DNA of 8,697 nt from Fonticula alba ATCC 38817 (taxonomy: Eukaryota; Protista; Nucleariida): NCBI GenBank assembly GCA_000388065.2, contig KB932203.1; one strand, written 5' to 3'. Below the pieces are notes generated by a model. It saw only the letters and a list, made by a program, of their open reading frames with translations, ran no database searches and was not told the origin of the DNA. Each line of letters begins with the position of its first letter. Position 1 is the first letter of the stretch. The position numbers were made by a program, and so were the translations under genes. Shown here piece by piece: positions 6,624 through 8,697 of the stretch.

Positions 6624-8643
6624 ACCGTGCCGGACTTGTATCTCCACGCCACATGGTACCAAGGCCATGGGGACCGGACGTATGGAAATGCCGTGACCAC
6701 CCTCGGGCGCCCGTCGCAATTGGTGGACACCCACATCAAGGGGTCCCGCCTGTACAACCAAACCACCTACCTGGAGGTGTCGGACGAGACCCGCTGGGGA
6801 ACGCTCTTCTCGTGGGAGTGGACGTTCGATCCGCACATGAGGATCCCCCCCGGGGTGACGCCCCAGCGGATGGTCCTGCCACTGGCGGGGGCAGAGTTCC
6901 CGGTGGGCGTTCTGTACACGGACCAGTGGGCCTGCCTGTTCGATGAAAGTACCTCGAGGGACTTCCCCACCGGGCCGGTGAGGTTGCTGGCCGGGCATGC
7001 GCTCGGCGCGCGCCATGTGGATCTGCTGGGGCTGACCGAGCCGCCGGGCGGGCCGCGGGAGGTGCACCTGTGGGAGCTCACCGCGGCCGGGCTGGACCAG
7101 GTGTCCTTTGGGATGCCGGTGGCGGCCGGGGAGGTGGCCCTCGCCGGCCCGGGGCCCGGGCGTACCTTCTACCTGGCTGCCGGCCGGGCATTGTGGCACG
7201 TCCGCCATGCCGGGGCGTCCGGCGGCCCGGCCACCGTGCAAACGATCCCGGTGCCGGCGAATTTGGGCCTCATCCGGCAGCTGTCCGCCACGCGGGTGGT
7301 CTCGGCGGCGGACGAGTGCCCTGGCGCGGGGGATGTCGTGCTCCTGATGGCCGGCAACCGTGTGCATGTTATCCCGTGCGCCGGGCAGGCGGAGCCGGTG
7401 CCGGGCGCCGGGGCGGCCTTCACCGCGTCGCTGCCGGCCGGGGCCTCGACGGCCGCGGGGCGCCTCGTGACCCCGCCCGAGGCGCCGAGCCTCCAGGACA
7501 CCTATCCCTTCTTGTATTTCGTGCAGCCCGGCCCCGGTGCCGAGGCCGGAGCCATGGACCTGTGGCGAGCCCGGGTCCTGCCCGGCGAGCTGGTCTGGCG
7601 GCGGTTGGTCGTGCCGCCGGGCTCCCGGGCGCCGGAGAACCTGCAGTTGGTCCGCCTGCAAAGGAGCCTGGCGGCCGCGCCGGCCGGCGAGTGGGCATTG
7701 ATGGCCGACCAGCGGGCGCTCTTGGAGTCCGGGCGTTTCGGCTGCGGCATCGATGGGAGCATTGTGTGCGACGGGCCGGGCGGGCTGACCGGGTCGAGCG
7801 AGGGCTGGGCATGCGCGGAGAATCGCGTGCCCGGGCCGTACCTCGTGCCCGGGCAGCTGTGTGCCGCCTGTGCGGTGGGCCATTATCTGGACCATCCGGA
7901 GGGTGCGTCCGGCAGATGAGCCGGGGGTTCGGTCTTATTTTTTCCCTTTTCGCGCCCCCGCGCGGGGACTTCCTGTGTTCTGGCCAGCAGCTGACCCGTA
8001 GGTATGGGGGTCGGCCGTTGGGCGGCGGGCCGCCCGTGCCCCCCCCCCCCCCCCCAGGGCGCCGCGTGAAGGCGAGGCGCCGTTCTCCTCGCCCGGGCAT
8101 GTGTGTCGGCCTTGCGCCGACAGCGCCTGCCACACGTGCGACGCCAGCGACTGCCTTGTGTGCAAGGGCTCGCGGGTGTTGCAGCCCAGCGGCCCTGGCG
8201 GGAGCATGGTCTGCGTGTCGGACTGCCATGGGAGCTACACGCGGCGTGCGGGGGTGTGCCTGCCGACGGCCATGCGCCTGGACAGGGTGCAGCTCGGGAC
8301 AATCGGCCGGGAGACCCTGCCCGGGCCGGTGCCCGAGACGCAGGTCACCGGCGTCGGGCCCACGCGGCTGCGCGTGGATCCGGCCACCGGCCGGCCGGTT
8401 ATCCCGCCGGTGGGCACGGAGCCGGGCCATGTCCTGCTCTTCCCCGGGCCCGGGCAGAATCCGCTGATCATGGACCTGGCGGACATCGGCTGGTCGGGCA
8501 AGTCGCCGCCGGTGGCCTTGCGGCTGTTCGACACGCCGCCCTCGTATCGCGTGGACTTCAGCACGGAGCTCGGGCCGATGCTGGACTCGACCGGGCACCT
8601 GGTCATGGGGCTCGGCCTGTTCTGTAGTGGAATCCCCATGTAA
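6507..8643 (+). CDS. Secreted/cell-surface protein with signal peptide, beta-rich ectodomain and furin-like Cys-rich (CxxC) repeat. Two exons, 6507-7902 and 8072-8643 (about 655 aa). Probably the truncated N-terminal part of a receptor-like protein.
   Basis: ORF 6486-7919 and ORF 8101-8643 share strongly GC3-biased codons. The ATG at 6507 has accATGg context and follows a pyrimidine-rich leader. A basic N-terminus plus hydrophobic stretch (RLLLSMGLLFAGLLA) follows. Removing a GT..AG intron at 7903-8071 joins the frames as CAACAVGHYLDHPEG-EAPFSSPGHVCRPCADSACHTC, one continuous Cys-rich region. The total is 1968 nt, divisible by 3. No TM or kinase domain is present before the stop at 8641-8643. 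Confidence 0.8.
7903..8071 (+). other. Spliceosomal intron (169 nt), best model
   Basis: Donor AGG|GTGCGT at 7903. It contains the in-frame TGA (7917-7919), a T-rich tract (7935-7950), a branch-like CTGAC (7991-7995) and C17 (8039-8055). Acceptor GAAG|GC at 8071 restores the frame. An alternative in-frame pair is 7907 (GTCCGG) to 8057 (CCCAG). Confidence 0.6.
8039..8055 (+). repeat. C17 homopolymer
   Basis: 17 consecutive C inside the predicted intron. Confidence 0.95.
8104..8259 (+). other. Furin-like / growth-factor-receptor Cys-rich repeat
   Basis: CRPCADSACHTCDASDCLVCKG...VCVSDCHGSYTRRAGVC has 9 Cys in a CxxC-x4-CxxC-x4-CxxC...CxxxC...C pattern. Five more Cys lie in 7743-7871, before the intron. 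Confidence 0.75.
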
Positions 8644-8697
8644 ACGATAGATGAAGCAACACGTGAGTGAATTGCCACACGTGTTACATCGTGGGAA
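8623..8697 (+). mobile_element. Compositionally foreign segment starting TGTAG; possible LTR or other insertion end truncating the upstream gene
   Basis: GC falls from about 68% (8521-8580) to 45% (34/75). The reading frame stops 18 nt later. The segment starts with TGT, as many LTRs do, and the window ends inside it. Confidence 0.3.

Noticed and set aside
4350-6946. Long ORFs spanning the N gap (4350-5651, 4388-6946, 4530-5774, 4846-6084)
   Set aside because: They stay open only because N codons are not read as stops.
6312-8598. Long alternative-frame ORFs (6312-7895 -, 7420-8598 -, 7070-8467 +, 5707-6654 -)
   Set aside because: These are Arg/Pro/Gly-rich shadow frames of the real GC3-biased gene, as expected at about 70% GC.
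1-8697. CRISPR array, rRNA, tRNA, telomeric array, or G-quadruplex system from the many G/C runs
   Set aside because: No regularly spaced repeats, conserved RNA motifs or tandem TTAGGG-type units. The G/C homopolymers are scattered without pattern.

Overview
GC-rich (about 65-70%) eukaryotic genomic DNA from a draft assembly, in three contigs (1-1991, 2002-4870, 5638-8697) separated by 10 N and 767 N gaps. There is no sign of prokaryotic operons, rRNA, tRNA or CRISPR. The one well-supported gene is a two-exon plus-strand CDS (6507-7902 joined to 8072-8643, about 655 aa). It encodes a signal peptide, a beta-strand-rich ectodomain and a furin-like CxxC Cys-rich repeat, in the style of the large secreted/receptor-kinase-like family I recall from the amoeba Fonticula alba (recollection, not a search result). 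Its frame ends abruptly where a 45%-GC segment beginning TGTAG starts, probably an insertion. Bases 1-467 are repeated exactly at 4404-4870 (period 4403), either from contig mis-ordering or a very recent duplication. A 116-bp element with CCCGTGT terminal inverted repeats and TTAA flanks (2055-2178) looks like a tiny piggyBac-type MITE. Several low-complexity ORFs in 1-4870 may be exons of hypothetical genes, but I cannot resolve them. I found no convincing novel multi-gene system.
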